DNA of 64,000 bases, from the NCBI GenBank assembly GCA_016176335.1, contig JACOXI010000004.1:146303-210302 (forward strand), read 5' to 3'. This stretch comes from Candidatus Daviesbacteria bacterium (GTDB lineage Bacteria; Patescibacteriota; Microgenomatia; Daviesbacterales; UBA10151). This document shows positions 8,873 to 18,166 of the stretch, piece by piece; positions within the stretch are counted from its first letter, which is position 1, and each line of letters starts with the position of its first letter. The notes beneath the pieces are model-generated. The model did not search any database and had not been told where the DNA came from. It saw only the letters and a list, made by a program, of their open reading frames with translations. Made by a program: the position numbers and the translations under genes.

Positions 8873-9772
8873 ATGGAGATTAAAAATATCAATCAATCAC
8901 AAATTCCCATCCAAAATTCAATTAAAAATCAATCATCCATTACCTCAGTGAAGAACGAAAAGGGCAATTTCTTACCAATCATAGGAATAGTCTTATTGAT
9001 TTTTATTGTTGGTACAAGTGCATATTATTTTGGCACGCAACGAAGTAATACTGCTCAATACTCACAAAATACACCAAACCCTACTTATCAAAGCGCTCCT
9101 ACAAATGTACCTTCCCCAACCGCAAACCAATCTTCATCAACAAGTAAATTCCAATACAACTTAGTAAAAAAGACTGTGAAAATTTCAGATGAGAATATCA
9201 TAAATGCATTTTATCAGGATAATCCCTACATAGAGATAAGTGCAGCAATAGAAAAAATCGACCCATCTAATAACCAAAAAGAGACTGTTGTCAAACCATT
9301 ATCAGATAATTTATTAGGCAAAATGATTGCACCGAGTGGTTGTTGTGCAAAGAAGTATGATATTCTTCAACATCAAGCAGTGCAGAATGACTCTTATCTT
9401 CTCTTTATCAGAGATAAGTTTTATATAGTTGACCTAAAGACAAAGCTTATTAGTCAAATGCCAACTAATTACCCAAAGGCATTTGCATTACAGTTTGAAG
9501 TATCTCCTGATGAAAGATTTGTCTTTTTAAAGAGTGGTGATAGGCACTCGTCAAATTATCAAGAAGTTATTGATTTAACTAACAAAATCTTATACAAACT
9601 GCCTGAGTATTATGTTGGTGATGAGGTTTTTAATGTATTTAAAGGTTTTGATAAAGATAAAGTAATCATCGAAAGCTCGAAAGGCTTTGATAAGCAAAAT
9701 CAACCGCAAAATACAGTAAACCTAAGCACTTATCCTTCAAAAACATTTAATTTCACTTTCGTTACTCAGTAA
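8873..9772 (+). CDS. Membrane-anchored extracellular protein
   Basis: Single TM (KGNFLPIIGIVLLIFIVG), S/T/P-rich linker and a beta-rich domain; very AT-rich. Confidence 0.75.
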   Translation: MEIKNINQSQIPIQNSIKNQSSITSVKNEKGNFLPIIGIVLLIFIVGTSAYYFGTQRSNTAQYSQNTPNPTYQSAPTNVPSPTANQSSSTSKFQYNLVKKTVKISDENIINAFYQDNPYIEISAAIEKIDPSNNQKETVVKPLSDNLLGKMIAPSGCCAKKYDILQHQAVQNDSYLLFIRDKFYIVDLKTKLISQMPTNYPKAFALQFEVSPDERFVFLKSGDRHSSNYQEVIDLTNKILYKLPEYYVGDEVFNVFKGFDKDKVIIESSKGFDKQNQPQNTVNLSTYPSKTFNFTFVTQ

Positions 9773-9775
9773 TCC

Positions 9776-9922
9776 TTTTTGCAAGGTGTTCCTATATTTG
9801 AAGATTTTGATTCGGGAAAGGACAAAAAAACATTACAAAAATATATAGAAAAGTTTTCGATCGATAAAGGTATTATGCTTTCTCGTCATCGTCTGGTAAT
9901 GGTTTTACAAAAAATAGCATAA
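9776..9922 (+). pseudogene. C-terminal remnant of a class I SAM methyltransferase
   Basis: FLQGVPIFEDFDSGKDKKTLQKYIEKFSIDKGIMLSRHRLVMVLQKIA* resembles the C-terminus of the MTase at 51706-52452; no start codon. Confidence 0.5.
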
Positions 9923-9985
9923 TCAATTAGGGCATAGCTGCAGAAGCTAATCCCCCCTCAAAAGGGCAATTCCTTCTATATTGTA

Positions 9986-10486
9986 TTGATTGAACCGGAA
10001 TCAAAAACTAAAGTGGATATTTTTGACTATACTCAATCTCCAAAAGAACTGGTAGGAGTTCCTTTTCATGGGTATGTAGTGAATATACAAAGTATTGAAG
10101 ACCAGCTTGTAAAAACAGTTCTTGATACCTCAAAAGTTGTAGACAGGATTGTGGTAGATCCCAAACAGTTCCAGGATGCCAGATTGATGATGCAGGCAGC
10201 TGATATGAAGAAGGCTGAAGAAAACTGGAAAAGCAGAAAGTTTAAAAAATATCCCAGATCATTAGTGAAAGCTTTGGAGAAAGCCTGGGATATTGTCAGG
10301 AAAAATCCTGATTTGAGTAAGGAAAAGCCACATAGAAAATCAAAACCCTACATCTGCCCAGATTGCTCGCCTCGCTCTCGCCTCGATTCAGCGAAGCGGT
10401 TCGCAGGCGAAGCGGGTGTAAGTACATTACGCTTTCCCATTACATCCATGCAGCAGATATACAAAACTTTAGGCTACATAGAGTAG
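9986..10486 (+). CDS. Hypothetical protein (start uncertain) with an in-frame GC-rich palindromic insert
   Basis: 166 aa ORF with a CPDC motif; the insert at ~10367-10417 encodes SPRSRLDSAKRFAGEAG. Confidence 0.5.
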   Translation: MIEPESKTKVDIFDYTQSPKELVGVPFHGYVVNIQSIEDQLVKTVLDTSKVVDRIVVDPKQFQDARLMMQAADMKKAEENWKSRKFKKYPRSLVKALEKAWDIVRKNPDLSKEKPHRKSKPYICPDCSPRSRLDSAKRFAGEAGVSTLRFPITSMQQIYKTLGYIE

Positions 10487-10496
10487 TGAGGTAATT

Positions 10497-10928
10497 TTAT
10501 TGAAGATGTTGGGCCAGACGCCGTTTCAGGTTGATAACGCGCTCGCCAACTATCACATCCTGTTTGGTATGAGCTGAAAATCGCAGTTTAGCTATTTCAC
10601 TAAAACTTACCCATGAAAAAGCGCTTTCTTTTCGGGGGATAAATTTTTGAGGGCTTTTTACTTCGGCATAAAACACGTAATTAATTTTGTCCTGTGTGTC
10701 GTGAAAGTAATCATAGACAGGATAAATATGCTTCATTTTAAGGTTAACCTTCAGTAGCTTATGCACTATTCGCTGAAACGTATCCTCCGCGTCTTCCCCT
10801 TCTTTACTTTCCCCTCCCAACATAGACCATAAAGGCACTGTATTATCTTTTTGTTTGGATTGAAGCAAGAGAATTTGGTGAGTTTTTAGGCTGTAAAGGA
10901 ATCCGCTTGCATAAAACGATTTATGCAT
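10497..10928 (-). CDS. NUDIX-fold hydrolase
   Basis: ASGFLY...ILLLQ...WSMLGGESKEGEDAEDTFQR is a degenerate Nudix box. Confidence 0.7.
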   Translation of the reverse strand: MHKSFYASGFLYSLKTHQILLLQSKQKDNTVPLWSMLGGESKEGEDAEDTFQRIVHKLLKVNLKMKHIYPVYDYFHDTQDKINYVFYAEVKSPQKFIPRKESAFSWVSFSEIAKLRFSAHTKQDVIVGERVINLKRRLAQHLQ

Positions 10929-10951
10929 GGGTGCATTTTAACACATAGGGC

Positions 10952-11830
10952 TTACAAATTAAAGTATTTATATACAGCCTCGGAGATTTTGGCAATTGTA
11001 TCGCTGGCAAAAGTGACATCCCCAGTTTCCGATAAAATGACAATTACAAAATCCCCATTTGGAGAATGAGCAAGCTCCTGCTTGCAGCAGTAAACTATGC
11101 CCGCGTCATTTCGGATATTGGGAAGCTCCCCAGTTTTGTGAGCAACTAAGGTGCCTTCAGGCAAGTATTTAGGGATCCGGTCATTCCTTTGCTGGGCCAG
11201 CAATAATTCAAGCATTTTTTGGGAGTATTCAGTATCTATGATTTCGCCCCTGTATATACCTTCAAACAACTTCCCCAAATCCGAGGCGGTAGTTTTAAAT
11301 TCAGTATCAATGCTTGATTCATCCAAGCTGTATTTTTCTAAAAATTTTCGTATTTCCCCTTTTCCAACTTTCTCGATCAGGGCAAAAGCGGCATAATTGT
11401 GTGAGATGACTATCATCTGCTCGAGCGCGCTTTTGATAGTAAAATTTACCACCCCTGTCTCTAAATCAGCATCCTCCTCCTTAGATTCGAATTTTTCATT
11501 CAGTGCGGCTACATCTGCTGTAATCGAGTCGTCCTCGCTTATTTGCCCTTCCTTAATTTTTGTCAGGACAGTACCCAAAACCCAAATCTTGTACAGACTG
11601 GCGGGTTGAAATTTGTCATGCTCGTTTCTAACATATGTTTCTTTGCTCTTGAAGTTTTTTATATAAATTCCATACCTGCCTTCGGAGTCTTTCAAAACAT
11701 TTTCAACCACACTTTTCAAATCATCATCTTTCAAACGGAATGAAAAGTTATATGACACAGGTTTGCCAAGTTGAGAATAAGTTATTAATCCTCCCATCAA
11801 AAGAATTAAAAGTAAGGCCACTTTCTTCAT
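10952..11830 (-). CDS. Serine hydrolase, class A beta-lactamase-like family
   Basis: SxxK (ASLYK), SHN and HKTG motifs; signal anchor. Confidence 0.88.
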   Translation of the reverse strand: MKKVALLLILLMGGLITYSQLGKPVSYNFSFRLKDDDLKSVVENVLKDSEGRYGIYIKNFKSKETYVRNEHDKFQPASLYKIWVLGTVLTKIKEGQISEDDSITADVAALNEKFESKEEDADLETGVVNFTIKSALEQMIVISHNYAAFALIEKVGKGEIRKFLEKYSLDESSIDTEFKTTASDLGKLFEGIYRGEIIDTEYSQKMLELLLAQQRNDRIPKYLPEGTLVAHKTGELPNIRNDAGIVYCCKQELAHSPNGDFVIVILSETGDVTFASDTIAKISEAVYKYFNL

Positions 11831-11842
11831 TGAAAGGATATC

Positions 11843-12226
11843 TTAGAGGTTTTGCAGATCTGCTTCAACTGTGGCGAATTCTGTTTCCAGATCCAAAACA
11901 TTAACCTTATTTAATTCCGTATCCAATACGTCTTGGGTTTGAGGCGAAGATGGAGTCTGAATCTGACTTGGCTTTACCCCTCTATTATTTACATAAAAGT
12001 ATGCTCCTCCTATCAAAACAACTGCTATTACCAAACCTGCAACCATTATAAGAATCATCTTCTTTGAGGATTTGGGAGGCTCTCCACCAACAGGGGTAGA
12101 GGGTTGTTGAGATTGGGGTGAGTTCATACTCGGCACCTGAGGCGCTGATGGTGCAGGTTGAGGCACTGGACTTGGGTTTATCGAATTTAGGTCGTTAGAC
12201 CGCAAGCTTTGCTTATTATTGTCCAT
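11843..12226 (-). CDS. Pro/Gln-rich single-pass membrane protein
   Basis: Low-complexity N-terminus and one TM. Start taken at ATG 12226, which overlaps the upstream stop, with SD GAAGGAG. Confidence 0.65.
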   Translation of the reverse strand: MDNNKQSLRSNDLNSINPSPVPQPAPSAPQVPSMNSPQSQQPSTPVGGEPPKSSKKMILIMVAGLVIAVVLIGGAYFYVNNRGVKPSQIQTPSSPQTQDVLDTELNKVNVLDLETEFATVEADLQNL

Positions 12227-12905
12227 TTGATACATCTCCTTCATTGGATTTAGCAACTCTTATGGCATTGGCAACTTTTTGCTTGGCATCAATGACCAGT
12301 TTTCTTAATTGTCCCAGGTCGGTGCGTAACTTCTCTTTTACTCCTTGCATATCTTTTCGTACGGTAGCTTCTGATGTGGCCTCTAGCACATAATCTTTAT
12401 CTGCTTGGAGCGCAACTGCTTCGTTGGCAGAGGATATGGCACCCCTTGCGTCGGCTATAGCGCTTCTTACTGCTGCCGGATCCTTAATATCTTTTGTGCC
12501 TGCGTTAACCCTTGCTTCCAATTTATCCAGAATACCTGACATGACTCCTAAATGTATATTCATGGCCCCAGTTACTTTTTCATTGATATTGGCCAAATTG
12601 ACATTTACTCTTTCTGCAATTTGAGCCTTTTTCTGATCTTTGAAATTTTGTAGCCTTGCTTTCAAAGCTGCTTCTTTTGTGGCAATACGCTCTTTTAAAG
12701 CTGTTAATCTTTCCTGAACGTTCGCTTTCCTTGTTTCTACTCTAGTTTCTTTTCTATCTCGAAGATTAGTTTTCCCGGTGGTTCCGGAGGTAGTTGCATC
12801 TTGCGCTAAAACAGCAGTTGCGGATAAAAAAATAAATAATAAGGTTAGGAAAATCGTTGTTAATTTGGAAAGTAGACCATTGGCAGTTGCAGTCATTACC
12901 TTCAA
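12216..12905 (-). CDS. Secreted coiled-coil protein
   Basis: Signal peptide ending VLA-Q, then long helical heptads. Confidence 0.75.
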   Translation of the reverse strand: MKVMTATANGLLSKLTTIFLTLLFIFLSATAVLAQDATTSGTTGKTNLRDRKETRVETRKANVQERLTALKERIATKEAALKARLQNFKDQKKAQIAERVNVNLANINEKVTGAMNIHLGVMSGILDKLEARVNAGTKDIKDPAAVRSAIADARGAISSANEAVALQADKDYVLEATSEATVRKDMQGVKEKLRTDLGQLRKLVIDAKQKVANAIRVAKSNEGDVSNGQ

Positions 12906-12988
12906 TGTAACAGAAAAAATTAAGTTTTGTCAACCCCAATTTTGAGCTCCTTGACAAAAAAGCCTCATAGTATTAATATCACCTATTA

Positions 12989-13249
12989 ATGAGTGTCGAA
13001 GCGCCTGAAGTACCTGAAGCACCTATTAGAATGTTACGTTACCCCCATTTTATGAGAAATAGATATGGTGACGAATCAACCACCACAGTACGTGGTCGTC
13101 ATCGATTAAGAAGAGAACGAAATACACGTTCAAGGGGAATAGGATCAACTACCGGAAGATCTAGACCAATAATACCTCACGTTCGCGTGTTTAGAGCTAA
13201 TGATTTTGAATTCCCATTTGACGGTGGGAACGTAGATTCTGATAATTAG
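12989..13249 (+). CDS. Small Arg-rich hypothetical protein
   Basis: ATG ORF downstream of a TTGACA-type promoter (12951). Confidence 0.45.
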   Translation: MSVEAPEVPEAPIRMLRYPHFMRNRYGDESTTTVRGRHRLRRERNTRSRGIGSTTGRSRPIIPHVRVFRANDFEFPFDGGNVDSDN

Positions 13250-13297
13250 TATCCTCTTTGATAAATTAAGCTTCAATTGATAGAATATAATCTATTA

Positions 13298-13370
13298 GCG
13301 CCCGTAGCTCAGTGGATAGAGCAGGACGGTTCTAACGTCAAGGTCGGGGGTTCGAATCCCTCCGGGCGCG
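13298..13370 (+). tRNA. tRNA-Arg(TCT)
   Basis: Acceptor GCGCCCG/CGGGCGC, anticodon loop GTTCTAA, GGTTCGAATCC. Confidence 0.93.
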
Positions 13371-13421
13371 CTAGTTTGAAATTTTCCAATGAATTGGGAA
13401 ATTCTCAAACTATCTGCCAAT

Positions 13422-13502
13422 GAGGGTTCAACTGCGCCGCTTCGCAAGAAGCTAGCTGTTCGTTCCCGCCTTTGGCGGGACGTTTTATCCCTCCGGGCGC
13501 GC
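13422..13502 (+). repeat. Interrupted duplicate of the tRNA-Arg(TCT) 3' half
   Basis: GAGGGTTC-[palindromic insert]-ATCCCTCCGGGCGCGC; the last 16 bp are identical to 13356-13371. Confidence 0.75.
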
Positions 13503-13639
13503 AGCGTAATAAATTGCTTCCGCAATTTAAACGCTGCTGAGACGTAAAAATCTCTGATTTTGTACGTCTCGCCATTTGGGAAATTGCGAAGTCGTTTTTG
13601 TTATGATAAATTCAACCTAATAAGATTAAAGAAAGTAGG

Positions 13640-13891
13640 ATGAAAATTATGAGTGAGAGAGTGAGTGTCTTTGTCCTTGATGCAAAATTCTCGATAGATA
13701 CGGCAAAACCATGCCCCTATGGCAAAGGAACAATCGAGGATAATAATTGTGGTGAAAGACGGGAAGGATCAATGTATCCATTTTGCTACATGGAAGGAAA
13801 TCGATGTCCACAAGTCGTAATTGAACTATACATGAGACCGGCAAGCGAAGTATTACGTGCAATGGAACAAAACCACGCGCGCGAGAAATAA
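13640..13891 (+). CDS. Small Cys-containing hypothetical protein
   Basis: 83 aa ORF with four Cys (CPY, NNC, FCY, RCP). Confidence 0.45.
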   Translation: MKIMSERVSVFVLDAKFSIDTAKPCPYGKGTIEDNNCGERREGSMYPFCYMEGNRCPQVVIELYMRPASEVLRAMEQNHAREK

Positions 13892-13971
13892 CGGAAGGAC
13901 GGTTTTTTCCAAGAATGTATGTTAAGAGATACAGAAGGGGGAAGGGTTTTTACGAAAAAGTGCGCTAACAA

Positions 13972-15369
13972 TTATTGATAGGTTATCTCTTTTTTTCTTT
14001 CTCCAATATCCACCGGATAATTTCCGCTAAAACAAGATGTGCAAAGTAAATTCTCCGGTAAACCCACAGCTTTTATTAAGCCCTGATAAGACAAATAATG
14101 CAAAGAGTCTACCCCCAATTCTTTTGTAATTTGTTTAATACTTTTAGTAGCTGCAATTAACTCTTTTTGATCAGGTGTATCAATACCATAAAAATCAGGG
14201 AATTTAACAGGAGGTGATGAAATCAGTAAATGAACCTCCTTTGCTCCTGCGCCTCTGATCATTTTAATAATCTGTTTTGAGGTATTACCGCGTACTATTG
14301 AATCATCAACCACCACTACTTTTTTACCGGCAATAATATGCTTCATGGGGTTGAGTTTTTGTTGAATAATTTTGTGCCTGATATGCCGTTCAGGAGAAAT
14401 AAAAGTGCGGTGAATGTAGCGGTTTTTAATCAGCCCCAGGTAAAAGGGAATTCCCGATGCATTTGAATAGCCAATTGCAGCAGGAATGGCAGAGTCAGGT
14501 ACAGGTATGACAACATCTGCTTTGATTGTATATTCCTTTGCCAGCTGCTTTCCCAAATTTTGTCTCACCCAATCAACGCTTTTTCCCAAAAGAACACTAT
14601 CCGGTCTGGCCAGATATACAAATTCGAATACATCCAGCTTTTGGTTGCCTTTTTCAATCTGAATACTTTTTAAACCTTTCTCACCTATGACAATCATCTC
14701 CCCAGGTCTTACTTCCCTGATAAAAGTTGCACCGATAATATCCAGCGCACAAGTTTCTGATGCAACAATAAACCCCCCGTTTAATTTTCCAATACACAAA
14801 GGCCTGATTCCAAAAGAATCTCTTAATGCCACAATCTTTTTCTCGTCCATGACCAGTAAGCAAAATACACCGGTAAGAAGCGGATACGATTTTTTAATTG
14901 CCTCTTCCAGCAAAAAACCGTTCCTCATATAAAAAGCAATGGCGCGCGTGATCATCTCCGAATCATTTAATCCTTTTATAGAAATCTTTTTTCCTGTTAG
15001 GAATTGTTCTAATTTTTTAGTGGACGGAAGATTGCCGTTGTGAGCTAAAGCAATAAATTTGCTGCCACTAATTTTTTCCAAAATTGGTTGAGCGTGAGAT
15101 GCTATTGAATCGCCTGAAGTGGAATAACGGTTATGGCCAATTGCCAAAAATCCAACTAATTTCTCCAAGTCCTCTTCTCCAAAAACGTGGGAGACTAAAC
15201 CCATTCCTTTGTGTAAATAAATTTTTTTACCGTCTGAAGATGCAATGCCTGAAGATTCTTGGCCTCGATGTTGCAGAGCCCAAAGGCCGGGGTGCACTAA
15301 ACGTGCCGCCTCAAAATCCCGCCCCATTACTCCGAATATCCCACACCTTTCTCCTATTCGGTTTCCCAT
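13972..15369 (-). CDS. purF: Amidophosphoribosyltransferase
   Basis: Propeptide then CGIFG, LQHRGQES, GHNRYST, HNGNL, VDDSIVRGNT and CTSCFSG. Confidence 0.97.
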   Translation of the reverse strand: MGNRIGERCGIFGVMGRDFEAARLVHPGLWALQHRGQESSGIASSDGKKIYLHKGMGLVSHVFGEEDLEKLVGFLAIGHNRYSTSGDSIASHAQPILEKISGSKFIALAHNGNLPSTKKLEQFLTGKKISIKGLNDSEMITRAIAFYMRNGFLLEEAIKKSYPLLTGVFCLLVMDEKKIVALRDSFGIRPLCIGKLNGGFIVASETCALDIIGATFIREVRPGEMIVIGEKGLKSIQIEKGNQKLDVFEFVYLARPDSVLLGKSVDWVRQNLGKQLAKEYTIKADVVIPVPDSAIPAAIGYSNASGIPFYLGLIKNRYIHRTFISPERHIRHKIIQQKLNPMKHIIAGKKVVVVDDSIVRGNTSKQIIKMIRGAGAKEVHLLISSPPVKFPDFYGIDTPDQKELIAATKSIKQITKELGVDSLHYLSYQGLIKAVGLPENLLCTSCFSGNYPVDIGERKKEITYQ

Positions 15370-15422
15370 AACCTAATATAACTATTTGAGCATGTAAAGT
15401 CAAGTAGTGGCATAATAGGTTT

Positions 15423-16226
15423 ATGGGTATTTTAACTGTCTTGCCATGCTGTTTTATTTTTTTATCATTTATCAATTTTAATCCCCTGCTTTCCTTGGAA
15501 AGAACTTTTGCCCAACCTATTTACCAGCTTAAGAAAATATTTAACCCCCAAATAATTAAACCTAAAAATAGCTACACCATAGTTTTGGTAGGTGATTCCA
15601 TGACCGATTACCTGGGTTCTGCCGACTATTTGAAAGAAAACCTCAAAACTTATTATCCCCAAAAGCAAATAAACATAAAAAACTTTTCTGTCGGATCAAC
15701 CAACATCCTGACCCTGCCGGATCGTTTACAAAACCTGACCAATTATAATGGCAAAATTTCCCAAGCTATTCTAAACACGGACTTTGATTTGATACTGATC
15801 GAATCTTTTGGTCATAATCCCCTGTCTGAATTTTCCCAAAATGACGGACTTAAAAAGCATAATGAGGTTTTAGATCAGGCTCTGGTAATGATAAGGCAAA
15901 GGCAACCACAAGCCCGGGTCATCTTTTTGGCCACCATTGCTCCGCATCTGGACAGGTATGCTGAAGGGGTTGCCAACCTCACAACGGAAGTAAGAAGGGA
16001 GTGGGCAAAACAAAGAGCAGCCTATATCAAAAATCATATCGAATATGCCAAAAGGCATAAATTGCCTTTAATTAACATTTATGAAAAATCTTTGGATGGC
16101 GGGGGAGGAGGAAATATAGATTATATTAATACAGGAGATTTCATACACCCTTCCCCCACAGGCATTAAATTTATCAGCAGGGAGATTGCAGATTTTATAT
16201 TTAAGAAGCGGATATTGCCCTTGTAG
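15423..16226 (+). CDS. SGNH/GDSL hydrolase family protein
   Basis: GDSMT block I, GHN, DFIHPS catalytic block; N-terminal hydrophobic segment. Confidence 0.85.
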   Translation: MGILTVLPCCFIFLSFINFNPLLSLERTFAQPIYQLKKIFNPQIIKPKNSYTIVLVGDSMTDYLGSADYLKENLKTYYPQKQINIKNFSVGSTNILTLPDRLQNLTNYNGKISQAILNTDFDLILIESFGHNPLSEFSQNDGLKKHNEVLDQALVMIRQRQPQARVIFLATIAPHLDRYAEGVANLTTEVRREWAKQRAAYIKNHIEYAKRHKLPLINIYEKSLDGGGGGNIDYINTGDFIHPSPTGIKFISREIADFIFKKRILPL

Positions 16227-17178
16227 ATTTTAAATAATTAATTAACTTTTTAAGCCCTTCTTCAAGCTCAACCTTAGGTTCCCAGCCCAAATTTTGTTTG
16301 GCTTTGGTGATATCAGGACATCTTCTTTGCGGATCATCTTGCGGCAAATCTTGAGTAAATTCCACGTCCGATGTGGAACCGACCAATTCTTTAACCTTTC
16401 GGGCCAGCTCTAAAATAGTAAATTCATTTGGATTTCCCAAATTATACACTTCCCCTTTTTCTCCCTTCTCCATGGCCAGTATTATTCCATCTATCATATC
16501 CGAGATATAACAAAAGGATCTAGTTTGCTTCCCGTCACCAAAAATTGGTAAGGGTTTATTTTGTAATGCAGCCATCACAAACTCAATCACTACCCTGCCG
16601 TCTCGGCCCATTCTGGGGCCATATGTATTAAAAATTCGGATAATTCTGCCATCCAATTCTTTAGACCTCACAAAAGCTGAAGTTATAGTTTCTCCAAATC
16701 TTTTGGATTCATCATAAACAGATCTGGGCCCGGTGGTTGAAACATTACCTCGGTATTCTTCTTTCTGGGGGTGTTCCTCCGGATCACCATACACTTCCGA
16801 GGTTGAGGCAAACAAAAATTTTGCACCGAGTTTAACTGCTATTTCGCAAAGCTTCCAGGTACCTAAAGTATTAACCCGCATAGTCTCAAAAGGGTGAGAT
16901 ATATAACTCTTGGAGTTATTCTCATTAGGGGATGCGGGAGAGGCCAGCTGATAAATACAATTGACATTTGACAATTCAGATTTGACATTTTCTGGAAACG
17001 CCTTAGATACATCATGATCTATAAATTGGAAATTTGGGTTATTTTTTAAATGTTTGACATTATCCAGGTTGCCTGTTAGCAAATTATCTACACATACAAT
17101 TTGGTTGCCTTGCTCGATTAACTTATCGCAAAGATGTGATCCCAAAAACCCTGCCCCACCAGCTACAATAATTTTCAT
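16201..17178 (-). CDS. NAD-dependent epimerase/dehydratase (UDP-glucuronate decarboxylase-like)
   Basis: GGAGFLG, ASPAS, STSEVYG, YDESK and RIFNTYGP motifs. Start reassigned to ATG 17178. Confidence 0.93.
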   Translation of the reverse strand: MKIIVAGGAGFLGSHLCDKLIEQGNQIVCVDNLLTGNLDNVKHLKNNPNFQFIDHDVSKAFPENVKSELSNVNCIYQLASPASPNENNSKSYISHPFETMRVNTLGTWKLCEIAVKLGAKFLFASTSEVYGDPEEHPQKEEYRGNVSTTGPRSVYDESKRFGETITSAFVRSKELDGRIIRIFNTYGPRMGRDGRVVIEFVMAALQNKPLPIFGDGKQTRSFCYISDMIDGIILAMEKGEKGEVYNLGNPNEFTILELARKVKELVGSTSDVEFTQDLPQDDPQRRCPDITKAKQNLGWEPKVELEEGLKKLINYLKSTRAISAS

Positions 17179-17188
17179 TAAGATACTA

Positions 17189-17233
17189 TTATATCTTAAA
17201 TCTTCTATCAGATAAATATGGATTGGGTTTACG
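17189..17233 (-). repeat. Duplicate of the last 14 codons plus stop of dinB
   Basis: 43/45 identical to 18167-18211; both differences are synonymous in the dinB frame. Confidence 0.92.
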
Positions 17234-17282
17234 TTTGCATGTTGACAAATAATGTAACAATACTTTAATACTAAGACAACAG

Positions 17283-18158
17283 ATGCCTGCTGAACTCCCA
17301 CCGGAAACTTATAGAAGATTATCTCAAGCCGATTTTCAACATATCCAGGACGACGATACAACACCTTCTATACAACCTCTGCCAACAAGTGAAACTCCTG
17401 TCTTTGATGTTCGCACACTAAGTGTGTGGTATGGAGACCGTTTTGCATTAGACATCTCTGATGGGTTTCAAATTCCCCAGGACAGTATTACGGCAATAAT
17501 GGGTCCTTCCGGTTGTGGCAAGAGTACTTTTTTGCGTTGTTTAGATCGGTTAATAGACTTGACAGGAACGGCAGTAGTTAAGGGAAAGGTAGTATTTAAT
17601 AACGAAGATATTCTGGGAGAAAAAGTTGACACCGTCCTTCTTCGCAAAAGAATTGGAATGGTTTTCCAAAAACCAAATCCATTTCCCAAGTCCATTTATG
17701 ATAATGTAGCATTCGGTGCACGAATTTGGGGATACCGAGGAAACATGGATGATTGGGTAGAATCATGTTTAAGACGGGCAGTACTATGGGATGAAGTAAA
17801 AGATACTTTAGACAAAGGCGGTCTGGCCCTTTCCGGAGGACAGCAACAACGTCTGTGCATTGCTCGCGCACTAGCAGTTAAACCAGAGGTCTTGCTTATG
17901 GATGAACCATGCTCGGCACTTGATCCCATTGCTACTTATGGAATAGAGCAACTCATGATTCAATTAAAACAAGAACATACAGTCATACTTGTTACACATA
18001 ATGTGCAACAGGCTGCGCGTGTTTCTGATTATGTAGGTTTTTTCTTAGGAAATGGCCAAAAACCAGGTAGGTTAGTGGAATTCTCAACTAATGAAAAAAT
18101 TTTTACAAGCCCAAACCTTCAACAAACAGAGGCATATATAATGGGCAGATTTGGATAG
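17283..18158 (+). CDS. pstB: Phosphate ABC transporter ATP-binding protein
   Basis: GPSGCGKST, MVFQKPNPFPKSIYDNVA, LSGGQQQRLCIARAL, DEPCSALDP and YIMGRFG. Confidence 0.95.
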   Translation: MPAELPPETYRRLSQADFQHIQDDDTTPSIQPLPTSETPVFDVRTLSVWYGDRFALDISDGFQIPQDSITAIMGPSGCGKSTFLRCLDRLIDLTGTAVVKGKVVFNNEDILGEKVDTVLLRKRIGMVFQKPNPFPKSIYDNVAFGARIWGYRGNMDDWVESCLRRAVLWDEVKDTLDKGGLALSGGQQQRLCIARALAVKPEVLLMDEPCSALDPIATYGIEQLMIQLKQEHTVILVTHNVQQAARVSDYVGFFLGNGQKPGRLVEFSTNEKIFTSPNLQQTEAYIMGRFG

Positions 18159-18166
18159 GTTGCTTT

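Noticed and set aside
13295-13525. 76-aa minus-strand ORF
   Set aside because: It is an antisense read-through of tRNA-Arg(TCT) and repeats; GIRTPDL..LYPLSY is the typical tRNA shadow translation.
17179-17364. N-terminal extension of the epimerase ORF
   Set aside because: The Rossmann motif starts at ATG 17178; the extension crosses the dinB duplicate and overlaps pstB.
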